A DNA stretch of 64,000 nucleotides, taken from NCBI RefSeq assembly GCF_009914755.1, contig NC_060942.1, one strand, 5' to 3'. Source of the stretch: the human T2T-CHM13v2.0 reference genome, Homo sapiens. Under the pieces are notes generated by a model that was given only the letters and a program-made list of their open reading frames with translations, was not told the DNA's origin and made no database searches. Position 1 is the stretch's first letter, and each line of letters starts with the position of its first letter. The translations under genes and the position numbers were made by a program. Below, one piece after another: positions 1 through 16,762 of the stretch.

Positions 1-1950
<1,950 letters not shown>

Positions 1951-2274
1951 TTAAGAAAATATTATTGTGTAAACATAATTATAATATTATAGTGTTGGAT
2001 TTATAACATATTTGGTGAAGTAATCGCACAAAGTAAAGAGAAGAAGAAAAGGGTATGTAAGTAAATAAAGATATTATATTTTACTGGAATTAAGTTGGTA
2101 CTATTCTTAAATGGATTATGATTAGATGAGATGCATATTGTAATTATTGTAGCAACCACTAAGAAATAATATTAACACAAACAACAGAGGAATTAAAATG
2201 ATAGATTAGAAAAACCATTTATATATCACAAAATATAACAGTAAATGAGAAACAGAGGAATATATTTAAAATGA

Positions 2275-2572
<298 letters not shown>

Positions 2573-3404
2573 GAAAGCAAATAGAAAAATGACAGGCATA
2601 AATCCAACTGTAGCAATACTTAATACATGAAAAGCAAATAAACCAAGCACAACACATAAAAGGAAAGGTTTGTCAGATTTGATAGAAACAAGACCCAAGT
2701 ATACACTGTCTATAATAGACACACATTATATTCAAATACATAAATAAATAAAAAGCAAAATGATGTAAAAAAGGTAAAGTATGAAATCAGTAACTCTATG
2801 ACAGCTGAAGTAGCTGTATTAACATTATTTAAAATAGACTTTAATACAAGAAACACTATCAGAGAAGAAAAGCCATATTTCATAATGATAAAACATGCCA
2901 ATTCATCATAAAGATGTAAGAGTTAAAAACATGTATACATTTAATCATAATGCCCCAAAATACCTGAAGCAAAAATGGACAGAACTGAAAAAAGAAATAG
3001 ACAATTCAAAAATAATAGTTTGAAATTCAAACAACTGACTATCCATAATGACTAGACAGAAGATTAATAAGTATATAGAAGACTTGAGTAACACTATACA
3101 CCAACAATACTTAACAAATATCTGGAGAACAGTCCTCCTGACAGCAGAAGAATACATGTTCTTCTCAAGTACAAAGGAACAGTCTTCAGGATAGACTATT
3201 TTATGCCATAAAACAACCTCAATAAATATAAAATGATTGAAATCATACAAAGTATATTTATCAACCACAATGGAATCAAATCAGAAATCAATAATGGAGA
3301 AATTTGGGGATATGAACAAAATGTGGAAATTAATCAATACCCTCTATATAGCCAATGAGTCAAAGAAGAAATCACAAGGAAAATTAGAGTGAAATTAAAA
3401 ATCA

Positions 3405-3655
<251 letters not shown>

Positions 3656-3936
3656 AGTGAAAATAAAAATAAATGAAACCAAAGTTCACTCTAAAAAAAA
3701 AGTCAACAAAGTTGATAAATATGTAGCTAAATTAAACAAGAAAGTGAGAGACGAAATCAGAAAAGGAAGTAGGTAACATCACTTCCAAAATCTCCAAAAT
3801 TTAAAAATGTTTTGAAGATGATGAACAACTTTATGAAAACAATCAAGATAATGTACACGAAATTTTATATTTTAATTCCAAAAGCAACCACTAGAAAAAA
3901 TAACTCAAAACAATAATGTAAAAATCAACAGAAGAT

Positions 3937-4385
3937 GGCCGGGCACGGTGGCTCACGCCTGTAATCCCAGCACTTTTTGTTAAATGTTGTTTAATGTATT
4001 ATGTTAAATCTTCTGGGTTTTTTTTGTTGTTGTTGTTTTGAGACGGAGTCTCGCTCTGTCGTCCAGGCTGGAGTGCAGTGGCGCGATCTCGGCTCACTGC
4101 AAGCTCCGCCTCCCGGGTTCACTTTGGGAGGCTGAGGCGGGCAGATCACGAGGTCGGGAGATCAAGACCATCCTGGCTAAAATGGAGAAACCCCGTCTCT
4201 ACTAAAAATACAAAAACAAAATTAGCCGGGCCCGGTGTGGGGCACCTGTAGTCCCAGCTACTCAGGAGGCTGAGGCAGGAGAATTGCTTGAGCCCGGGAT
4301 GTCCAGGATACCGTGAGCCATATTCATGACACAGCACTCCAGCCTGGGTGACAGAGTGAGATCCTGCCACAAAATAAAAAGAAAA
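3937..4385 (+). mobile_element. Chimeric AluY/AluJ containing an inverted AluY 3' end plus flank (3977-4122)
   Basis: Left arm is Y-like (gatcacgaggtc..gaccatcctggctaa); distal right arm is J-like; minus-strand AluY piece gagacggagtctcgc..cccgggttcac sits inside. Confidence 0.9.
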
Positions 4386-6030
<1,645 letters not shown>

Positions 6031-7324
6031 AAACACACACACACACAAGACAGAAGTGAATGTTTCATTCACACAATCTTCATGGACAAATCTATGCTTC
6101 AAAGGTAGGAAAATCATGAGGTCAAAGAAAAAACACTGCATTTCTGACATAGTAATAGAGAGGTAAATATGTGTATTCGATGTTCAATGTACAAATTATT
6201 GAAGTCTTTTTGTCCTTTTTTCATCTCTCCCAACTTAATTGGAATAGATCCAGTTTACAATAAAAGAAATTCAGTGAAGTTTTCCAAACAGCAATGAGAA
6301 TGAGCATTGTGGCTCATCCAGAGCTCCAAAAAGCAACTGCTCTGTACCTAAGGAAATCTTGTTTTTGCTCAAAATTTTATTTGTCCTTGAGATTTTAATG
6401 ACTTTTAAGAATGTTTTTCCTTATACCTTTGGGCTTCAGTTTCTTCGTATGCAAAATCAAGTCATGAAGATATTTCCACACAGCCAAGATGTTATAGGAT
6501 AATGAATTGCTTGATAACCCATTGTAATCTTTGGCAAAAGAACAAAGCATTATTATTGTTATTAAATATTATTAGCTGGCGTATGGTGCTGAACTGATAA
6601 TTACTTCAAGTAACACTTCATAAAATGCTAACTGTAAAGTGTACATAAATTTATGTATTCATTAATATGATACCTGCTACGAACAAATATTTTGGAAGAT
6701 TGCCAACATCATTTCTTTCACAGTGTTAGTAAATTTTAATTTATATTCAAACCCATTGCCTCAGTTCCTCACATTCAGCTCTCTTCAATACTAATTTAAG
6801 TTCTTTGGGTTGAATAAAACTAATTTATTTGCCTCTTTCATTATAAGGATAACAGCTTGCAATACAGCATTATGAGAAGTTCCCCCACTTCCCTTGAAAC
6901 ACAAGTTTCATTCTGTTACTTTTACGTTGTAATGTTTCATAAGTAAAAAACTAGCTATAGAAATTAAGGAAGTTGGGAGTTAGAATTTGGGAAATTAAAA
7001 CAATACTAATACATATTTAAATATGGTTATGTTAGCAGAACTGATCACACACGTTGTTGAATTTCTCAAAAATGCTTTTCATCAGAAATCAATTTTATTG
7101 TCATTTCAAAATACATATCATGAACTCTGCAATCAAAACTGTAAGAGACCAACAACAGGCAAGAGGTGTGGTCCCTGCTATCAATCCATATAAATATTAT
7201 TATACACACATCCCTGTATATGATCCAGAGGTGAAGTGCATCATTTATCAGCTACTTAAGGAAAGCCCCGGTGCCTACTGGCCAGAGTAGGCTGTTCTGA
7301 TCTCAAGGAGACTGCCCCCACTTC

Positions 7325-7500
7325 TTTTATTTTGAAGAATTTCAATACTGCAGAAAAGTTAAAAGACCAATATAATGAATATTTATGTACTCTTCATCTG
7401 ACCCCACTAATGGTTTACGTCTCACCACATTTGTATGAAATCTCCTGCTCTGTTTCCATATTTACAAATCAATTTTAAAATAATTTGTACACATTTCTAA
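7325..7500 (-). mobile_element. Probable ancient L1ME 3' fragment
   Basis: ttttattttgaagaatttcaatactgcagaaaagtt resembles L1ME ends. Confidence 0.45.
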
Positions 7501-9069
7501 GGCTAATTATGTGTTCTGAACAAAAGGAATTACTTTTGGCCATTGAGACCAAATTTTGTCACTGAGGGAAATAAGTCCAGGCTGATGATGTATGGACCAT
7601 ACCTGAAGAAACCAGGTAAAGAGACTGCTGTTTGGGCATGGAAAGTTTCCTTTGCTATCTGGATAAGCACCTAGTGTAGGGATGACTCCATAATTTATTT
7701 CCTGAACCAGGGCACTTCTGAGAGTGAAAGAAGGCACTTTTAAGATGTACAGCAGGACTGAAATCCCAGGTATGCTGGGCCTTTGGGCCACTCCACCTTG
7801 AGTGCACAGTGTAGGAGCAGCTGCTGAGAAGTAAGTTGGGCACTAACTTGGGTGCTTAATTTTCCTCTAACAGACATATTCCCAGATGACAACAGGTTTC
7901 TCTTCCAGCTCATGAATCTGGGGCACAACTTCCAGTGTAGACTAACTTATTGGTCTTGAAAAAAAAGAGAGAATTTATTTCTTTACCTGAAAAGAATCCC
8001 ATGCAATTAAAAGACAATTTATGTCAGCTATAATCAAGGTGATGTTCTGGGTCAGCTAGTCAATGAGTTGCACTCACTGGACACTCAAATTCCACCACTG
8101 CTACCGAGTCTCCAACTAATTTGTCATGAGTCCTTTAGAAAGCCACATGAGAAATGATCAAAGGTCAGGTATCTGATCGCTGGACAACACAGGAGTCTTT
8201 ATTCCTAAAGCAGGCATCTCCAAGGGAAGTATTTATCCAAGTCCATTTTTTATTTTTCCATCTGAATACAACTCTGCAAATCAAAATGACCACTTTCAAC
8301 CACTGTCTGATCTGTGTACACCCTGTAAGTCACCCCTCCTATAAGTAGCAAGCAAGTGGGGGCATGTTGTCTATTACCGGGAAAAACAAAATGCAACAAT
8401 AATCAGAAAAGTTGGCAAACTCAAGTGGACTTTCACCAACATCAAGGTATTTGTAGAAAAGACAGAGTTAAAAAGCATAAAAGATGTGGGTGTTTTAAAA
8501 TAATCTAAATCTCTGGAGACTCTGTCTCAAGTCAGTATGGACTCCTCTGGCTGTGCAAAGAAGTAACTGGAAAGCATGACTGCATGTAATCAGCAGGAAA
8601 ACCATATCCTAATGACTGAATGTCCCCTCTTGGACCTCACAGAAAATCTCCTTTCCAGTTCAGGGCATTCCTTCAGCTACTACCCAGACCACATGGTCAC
8701 TAGATCAAGGGACCAGTGAACTTCATGCTCAGGTGCATGTAAGGAGAGAAAGAGCAGCTTTCCTAAGAAGGGAGGTAAAGCATTATTTAAAACAACAACA
8801 ACAAAACAAACAAAATCATGTGGCGTTAACTGATAAGTTAACATGGTCTCCCATAAGAATCCATCTGTAACATATGGCTGGGCCCTGAGCTGCTCAGGGA
8901 GACATCAAGGAAGAGGTGTACACTGAGCTGTGATTTGACATGTGGATAAGAGGGGAATGGGTATTGGGAATACCCATTCTTTCAAGGAAGGAATGAAAAA
9001 GATATGGAGGCTGAAAACCAATGTAAGTCAATGTGTTAAGTAGATGCATAAATTTGTATATGTTATGGG

Positions 9070-9400
9070 TTTCAAAGCACTTTTATTTGCATCATTTTAT
9101 TTAGTCATCTTAACCAATATTGGAGACAAGCTGGAAAATATTATCATTTCAAAATTATAGATGAGGAAATTTAAACAAAGAGAAAATTAACCTGCTTAAC
9201 TGTCTTTGGGTTTTAAATGACAGAGTTGAATCTAGTTGACACATATTTGAATGTATTATTCTTATATGTTTTAAGAACACAAATGTTTAAGTTTACAGAT
9301 AAAGAAACTGAAGTTCAGAGAATTCAGCACATAAGTCATAGTCAATATTCAAACCAGGGGTCTCAGGTTCCATATTCCAGATCTCTCATTATTTCATATT
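9070..9400 (-). mobile_element. MIR fragments (two cores)
   Basis: ttatagatgaggaaa and tttacagataaagaaactgaagttcagaga. Confidence 0.65.
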
Positions 9401-10779
9401 GACTGAAGAAGAAGAAAATGAGAATGAGTGTTGAAAACTAATCCAAAAGGACAAAGTCAGGGGTGGGGGGAGTTGTGATCCAAATAAAATTATTGGTTCC
9501 TATAAGAAATAGATGTAATCTCAGGGTAGAGATGAATCAGGTAAGTGCCCAGGGGCAGCAAACAGGATTCCAAAGGTTGCCAGTGAGCTTCTCCAGCTTT
9601 TAGTCAATCCTGGAAACAAATCGTGTATTTGTTTCTATCTCAGCTTTCTCACAAGTTCTCCTGTGCTTATGGAGTTCTTCTCCCTGTACTTTCACCTGCA
9701 CCATCCCTTGGGGTCTAATTCCACTATTGCTGCTCAGAATTCATCCATCTTGCCATGAGCTGAGCTTCTGCAGCACTCACCTCTGAAACTCACTTTAAAA
9801 GGGCATAGTTCTGTGTGCATTGATGAGGACCCACGTAAGTCTGTTGATGCCTGGGCCAAGGCAACATAGAACATTGCTTTTTGGTTTTGCTGAGAGCAGG
9901 CTGTTTTCTCAGCAAATCATGCAGCTTCATTCCTGCTGCATTTACACAAATCAAGGAGTCATTTTACTCTCTAAATTCTATTTCCTGACTTTTATTGTAG
10001 TAATTTTATATTTTGAATAATTTTGAGGGTGGATAGATGCATTTTGGACATATCTGCTCCATATTTCAATAATCTTTTCAAAAGTGAAGGAAAGCCAAAA
10101 GTTTACCGTGTGTGGAAACCTGAAATCTTGGCTGAGTCCACTTTTCCCTCGAACCTAGTGTACAATGGGATTTTCATCCAGTACCAGTTTTGATGGCAAG
10201 CTGGGAAAGCACGGGTGTTTGGAGGCTAAGGCTCCCATTCTTTCATATGCAGAAAATGAGCAATGTCTCCTGTTTCCTGGCACCCATCACCATTCCCCTC
10301 CTAGCACTGAAGGAACTGATCGGCATGATCACTTTGCATTTTGGCTCGTATCTCTCATCCTTGCTGAGGCCAGTCACCCTCCAAGTCTCTCACCATTTGG
10401 CTTTGCTCTTTGAAACTGGTGGAAACTTAAATATAAGATATTCAAGCTTTGTTTCCTCATCACTATAAAGGGCAATGCTGTTGTCCTGGTATCACTTGGA
10501 GCTCTAGCTACGACCTGTGTGCTCCAGAAATCTGTACTTCAAATGAGGCTTCTTGGTGTGGTGGTACAGATATTTTAGAAGTGCTAAGAATCCATTGTAA
10601 TTCCTAAAGGAATCTGAAAAGGCCCTTCTGAAGTCCTTAGCTGGAGGCATCATGTAAGGGATAGGGGTGTGCAACCCAATATGGATGCAATTGTGACAAA
10701 GGTATATGGCCTATGTGACTTAGAACAAGTTTTTATTTACTCACAGAGGTTAAATATTTTTTTCCATCATATACTTTAC

Positions 10780-10970
10780 TTAGCACTTTAAAAGCATTTT
10801 TAATATTTAGCGTGGGTTTGATATCATTTTTATTCTCAGTATAGAGATTATGAGGCTCAGAGCTTTGAGTTACTTCTAAAGGATTACATATACCTGGTAA
10901 TTGTCAGCTGTAATTTGAACTCAAGTCTAAGTGATCTGAGAGTCAAAGCTCTTACTCACTACTTTGTGTT
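10780..10970 (-). mobile_element. MIR
   Basis: tgaggctcagag..atttgaactcaagtct..agagtcaaagctctta. Confidence 0.6.
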
Positions 10971-11109
10971 ACTTTTACCCACTTATGTAGTCAGTTCTCT
11001 TTGTCCAGCAGGCATAACTGCCCTCTTTTCTCTTTGTAAGTGTCCTGCTAAATATTCATTGTTCATCTTTCTTTATGAAGCCACACTTTAAAAAAATTTC
11101 TCCTTCATC

Positions 11110-11420
11110 CAAAGTCATTCATTTACTTGATCACTCTTTGTTGAGTAGCTTCCAGTCTGAAGCACTGTGCTGAGGATAGAATGAGACATAAATTGCCATT
11201 TCTGTTTTCAAAAATATTATTGTTTATTCAGGAAGACAAATAAATAAACATTAGGGAATAGTAAGTATTTTAATGGAGGTCTTTCCATTGTGCTATAAGA
11301 GGACATACGAGTAGTACCTAGCATAGATGGGAAGAGAGATGGAAAGAAGGAAAGTCTTCTTGGAGGAAGATCAAACTGACAGTATAAAAAGAAAATATAT
11401 TCTAGGCCAAGGAATGGCAG
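11110..11420 (-). mobile_element. L2 3' fragment
   Basis: tcattcattt..ttgttgagtagc..gcactgtgctgaggata. Confidence 0.55.
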
Positions 11421-11722
11421 AGAGTCAAAAAAGAGCATAAAATTATCCCAACAGTTACAGCATTCAGTCAGGCATTTGCCTTTTGACATATTGATTGTAA
11501 TACGCATTTGACCTAGCTTAGTCACCTTGTTTTGTAATAGATCTTTTTTTAATCTAAGTTCTGTCTCTCCCCAGGGCTGAATAGTTCTTAAGGGGAGGAA
11601 TAAACCAAGTCTTATGGCATCTTTTATCCCTAGGTCCCTAATCATAATCGTCCTCTATAGCGGTGGTGGTGATAACACAAAGGAGACGAAATAGGGGAAG
11701 AAGAGGAGGTGATATAGGTATA

Positions 11723-12436
11723 CAGTTGTCCCTCAGTATCATTGCTGGATTGGGTCCAGGACCCCCGTGGATGCCAAAATCCACAGATACAGAAGTTCCT
11801 TATGAAAAATGACAAAATATTTGCATATAATCTATGCACATTCTCCCGTATACTCTAAATTATCTCTGGATAACTGATATGGTAGTCTTCGTCAAAATCT
11901 CATGTGGAATTACAATCTCTAATGTTGAAGGTGGGGCCTGGTGGGAGGTGACTGGATCATGGGGGCAGTTTCTCATGGTTGGAGCTGTCATTGCGATAGT
12001 GAGTTCTCTCTCAGGAGATCTGGTTGTTTAAGGATATGGCACCTCCCCACTCTCTCTCTTGGTCCTGCTCTTGCCATGTAAGACGTCTTTTCCCACTTTG
12101 CCTTCCACCATGAGTAAACGCTCCCTGAGGCCTCCTCAGAAGCAGATACTGCCATGCTTCCAGTACAACCTGCAGAAATGTGGGCCAATTAAACTTCGTT
12201 TCTTTATAAATTACCCAATTTCAGGTATTTCTTTATAACAATGCGAGAACAAACTAATAACATAATACTTAATACAGTGTAAATGCTTTGTCAATCATTG
12301 TTATACTTTGTGGGGTTTTATTTGCATTATTTTTATTGTTATATTGTTATTTTTTCTTTTTTTATTCCCTAATATTTTTGATTCGCAGTTGATTGAATCC
12401 ACGGATATGAAACCTATCAATATGGAGGGATGACTG
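11723..12436 (+). mobile_element. MER2 (TcMar-Tigger) DNA transposon split by an MST LTR
   Basis: TIRs cagttgtccctc / gagggatgactg, TA target duplication on both sides, MER2-like interior. Confidence 0.9.
11875..12262 (+). mobile_element. MSTA/B (ERVL-MaLR) solo LTR
   Basis: tgatatggt..ggtggggcctggtgggaggtga..ccaattaaac..atgcgagaacaaactaata. Confidence 0.9.
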
Positions 12437-13725
12437 TATACTGAGAAGAGTAATGTTTTGAGACAAACACAGAACTATGAAAAAAAAGTACTGAGCCCTT
12501 CTATTTCTATGTCTAGAATGAAACTTAAAGGGCCACACTAAAGAATTTTATGTTCCTTACTGCCCTCCCACCACAGACACAGAGGCATAGTTCTGATTAT
12601 AGGGGCTAATACAGGCTCTGAATACTTGGAACAAGAGAAAGACCTTACTTTCTTTAAGCTCTAACAAGGCACCAGGAATATAGGGCGGTAAACCAAAAGG
12701 AAAAATATTCCATCATTATTTCCCTGTGTCTCTAGTCCAGGCTTCTTCTGTTAGGAAGTAAGCTGCTTTTTCTCCTGGAGATAGTAAGCAAGGTGAGCAA
12801 AAAATCAACAAAAACCTATGGGGATTATGAATTGGTGATAATATAAAGCATAAAACATAAGTAGATAAATTGAAAGAATGTGATTTTTGTGGTCAGGTAT
12901 TTGGATGGTACGCTAACAATAAATCATTAAATCACTAATAATGAGGTTTAAATGCTAAATCAAATAAAATTACACTGATTTCTTCTCAGGATCTTATGCT
13001 AAACAGGATATTATAAATTGTAGAAACTTGGTGTCCAGTGTGAGTCATGACCACCAATAAACAGCAGACCTTTTGGGAACCAGAAATGAGAATCAAATGC
13101 ATGGGTTTATGTTCTATAGGAGTAGCAACTATCCTGTGAAACACACAACTCTAGATGCACTGGATGGCACTCTTCCATAATTATTATATTCATGGTATTA
13201 ATACTATAACAACAAAAACACGCAATTTTGTTCACTAACTTTGTGCAGGGCACTGTTTCAATATTTATACGCAGCTATACCCAGAGTTCTTCTAGAATGC
13301 CTGCTATATATTTTCTTCCACTCCAGGTGTTATTTATCCTTCATGGACCAGCTCAAAGCTATGGTTTTCATTTCAGTGTCCCTTGGTCTATTCACTGTAG
13401 CTGACCTCTCCCTGCCTTGGATATTTATAAACCTTGTTACCTGCACTATCATTTGACCTTTTACTATTCTTTAATTGAGTCATAGCTTTTCATCCCAATT
13501 AAATAATAAGATAATGAAAGGCAAAAATAAAAAACAAATTGTAAATATGGTAACAAGATATGAGATTTTACATAATATCTCAAATATCACAGTCAATACC
13601 TATTCACTTCATAAACATTTCTGTATTTATGACATTAGACTGGAGGTCAGAATATATGGAAACTATGTGAGATAACTTTTTGTTTTCTATTGCAGTTAAC
13701 AGTGCACAATGCAATAGTCTAATAT

Positions 13726-13890
13726 CAGGGTCAGCAAACTATATATAACTATTTGGCCCGTAGGCCAAATCTGGTTATGAACATTTGTTTGCCATTGTCT
13801 ATAACTGCTTTCCCGCTGCAATGATTAGTTGAGTAGTTATGACAGAGACCATATGACCTGCAAAGATCATATTTACTATTTGGCTTTAAT
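13726..13890. mobile_element. MER58-like hAT-Charlie fragment
   Basis: cagggtcagcaaact..ggcccgtaggccaaatctgg..gttgagtagttatgacagagacc. Confidence 0.75.
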
Positions 13891-14227
13891 TAGATTGGTC
13901 ATTCAAGCAAATGGATTTAGCTGATCAACTAGGAAGAAAGCAATCAATTTGATATTTTTGTTATATTCAAACAACATCAAATCAGATATTCTGGAATACA
14001 CAGCTCTAAAATTAACACACTTTTCTAAAATATAGGATGGAAAATTATGTAATTTGAAACTTTGTAGATAATAGCTACTTTAGGGTCACACCAAAGCACA
14101 GTAGGCAAGTAATTCTTTCTTATCTTCCAATACTTCTTGCATGCTTAATGGTTTTGGATTCAAAGCACTGCCCTAAGTAAAAGTTATGTGGAGGAATGAT
14201 GATAATTTAAAAAGACACGTGTTTCTA

Positions 14228-14730
14228 AACAAACTGCGGTAATTCATACCCTGGAATACTACTCAGCAATGGAAAGGAGCAAGTTAAAAATATGTGCAAC
14301 AACTTGAATGAGCCTCAAGGAAGTTAGGTTGAGTAGGGGAAAAAAAAGCCAGTTTCAAAGGGTTTGAATGTTTGATTCTACTCATATAACATTCACGAAA
14401 TAATTATAGATATAGAGAATAAATTAGCGGCTGTCAAGGGCTAGGGGAAGAAGGAAAGTGGTTGCTACATGGGTGCCACATACACACACGCACACAAACA
14501 CACACACACACACACCAAATAACATACAAATTATTTCATGTATAACTGGTAAAATATAAATAAGCACTGTGAATTATACCAATGCTTATTTCATGATTTA
14601 GGTATTTTGCTATAAGATGTTAATACTGAAAGAGGCTGAGGGAAAGGGTCCACAGGACCTCCCTACACATTTCTTTGCAAATTCCTTTCAATGTATAACT
14701 ATATTTTTACAGGTTAAAAAGCAGTGTTTC
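14228..14730 (+). mobile_element. L1M (MC/MD-type) 3'UTR with CA tract
   Basis: ggaatactactcagcaat..aaagccagtttcaaaggg; (CA)n at about 14480-14515. Confidence 0.75.
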
Positions 14731-14809
14731 AAAGTAAATAGAGAATGTTTCAAAATAGTCTCATTAAATAAACTATCTTCTGGAAGAGGAAGAAGTGTGG
14801 CCATAAGGA

Positions 14810-16762
14810 AATAGGAATTACATTAAATCTGTAAATTGCTTGGGGTAGTATGGACATTTTAGCAATGTTGATTCTTTCTATGAATGAGCACAGAATGTTT
14901 TCTCACTGGTTTGTGTCATCTCTGATTTTTTTGAGTGGAGTTGTCTAATTCTCATTTTAGAGATCTTTCACCTCCCTGGTTAGGAACTATTTTATTCTTT
15001 TTGTGGCTATTGTGAATGAGATTATGTTTGTGATTTGGCTTTCAGCTTGGATGTTGTTGGTTTATAGAAATGCTACTAATTATTGAACATTAATTTTGTA
15101 TTCTAAAACATTGCTGAAGTTACTTATCAGATCAGGAGGCTTTGGGGCAGAGACTATGGGGTTTTCTTGGTATAGAATCACATCATCTGCAAACGGATCT
15201 GCAAAGACTTCCTCTCTTTGTATTTGGATGCTTTTCATTTCTTTCTCTTGTCTGATTGCTCTGGCTAGGACTTCCATTACTATGTTGAATGAAAGTGGTA
15301 AGAGTGGGCATCCTTGCTTTGTTTCAGTTGCCAAAAGGAATGCTTCCAGCTGTTCCCCATGCAGTATGATGTTGGTGTGGGTTTGTCATAGATGACTCTC
15401 ATTATTTTGAAGTATGCTTTTTCAATGCCTAGTTTGTTGATGGTTTTTAACATGAAAGAAGTTTAATTTTATTGAAAGCCTTTTCTTTATCTATTGATAT
15501 GATCATGTGATTTTTGTTTTTAGTTATGTTTATATGGTGAATAGCATTTATTGATTTGTACATGTTGAACCAAACTTACATTCCAGGAATAAAGCCTGCT
15601 TGATCATGGTAGATTAGCTTTTTGATGTGCTGCTGAATTCAGTTTGCTAGTATTTTGTTGAGGATTTTTGTATATCTGTTCATCAAGGATATTGGCCTGA
15701 GGTTTCCTTTCATTGTTGTGTCTCTGCCAGGTTTGATATCAGGATGATGCTAGCCTCATAGAAGGAGTTGGAAGACTTCCTCCACCTGCATTTTTTTTCT
15801 GGAATAGCTTCAGTAAGAATGGTACCAGCTCTTCTTTATGCATCTGGCAGAATTCCACTGTGAATCTATCGTTCCTGGGCTTTTTCTGGTTGCTAGACAT
15901 TTTATTACTGATTCAATTTTGGAGCTTGTTATTGGTCTGTTCAAGGATTCAGTGTCTTCCTGGTTCAATCTTGGAAGGTTGTATGTTTCCAGGAATTTAT
16001 CCATTTCTTCTAGATTTCCTAGTTTATATAAATAAAAGTGTTCATAGTAGTCTGTGAAGGTTTTTTGTATTTCTGTGAGATCTGTAGTAATGTTCCCTTT
16101 ATCATTTCAGATTGTGTTTATTTGATTCTTCTCTCTTTTTTGTTAGTATAGATAGTGGTCTATCAATCTTATTTCTTGTTTCAAAAAACCAACTCCTGAA
16201 CTCATTGATATTTTCCATGTTATTTTGTGTCTCAATTTCCTTCAGTTCAGCCCTGATTTTGGTTATTTCTTGTCTTTCGCTAGCTTCAGGGTTGGTGTAT
16301 TCTTGTTTCTCTAGTTTCTCTAGGTGTGATGTTAGGTTGTTAATTTGAGATACTTCTAACTTTTTGATGTGGGTAATTAGTGCTATAAATTTTCCTCATA
16401 ATACTGCTTTAACTCTGTCCCAGAGACTCTCGTATGTTCTATCTTTATTCTTATTAGTTTAAAATAATTTCTTGATTCCTGCCTTAATTGCATTGTTTAC
16501 CTGGAAGTCATTCAGGAGGAGGTTAATTTATATGTAATTATATAGTTGTGAGTTATTTTCCTAGTACTGATTTCAATTTTATTGTGCTGTGGTCCAAGAG
16601 TGTGTTTGGTACAAATTTAGGTTTTCGAATTTGCTGAAGATTATTTTATGGCTAAATATATGGTTGATTTTAGAGAATAGGCCATGTGCAGATGAGAAAA
16701 GTGTATATTGTTGTTTTGGAGTGGAGAGTTGTGTAAATGTCTGTTTGGTCCATTTGGTCCAA
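14810..16762 (-). mobile_element. Primate L1 (old L1PA/L1PB) ORF2 fragment
   Basis: Minus-strand ORFs [16 protein letters not shown].. and [30 protein letters not shown] (RT motif); disrupted. Confidence 0.95.

Noticed and set aside
7090-7995. Minus-strand AATAAA near 7095 and ttcag|gta motifs near 7600 and 7985
   Set aside because: Short pyrimidine tracts and no coherent exon structure; chance-level
15080-16004. ORFs containing FADD RT motif
   Set aside because: Disrupted, truncated L1 ORF2; cannot be active
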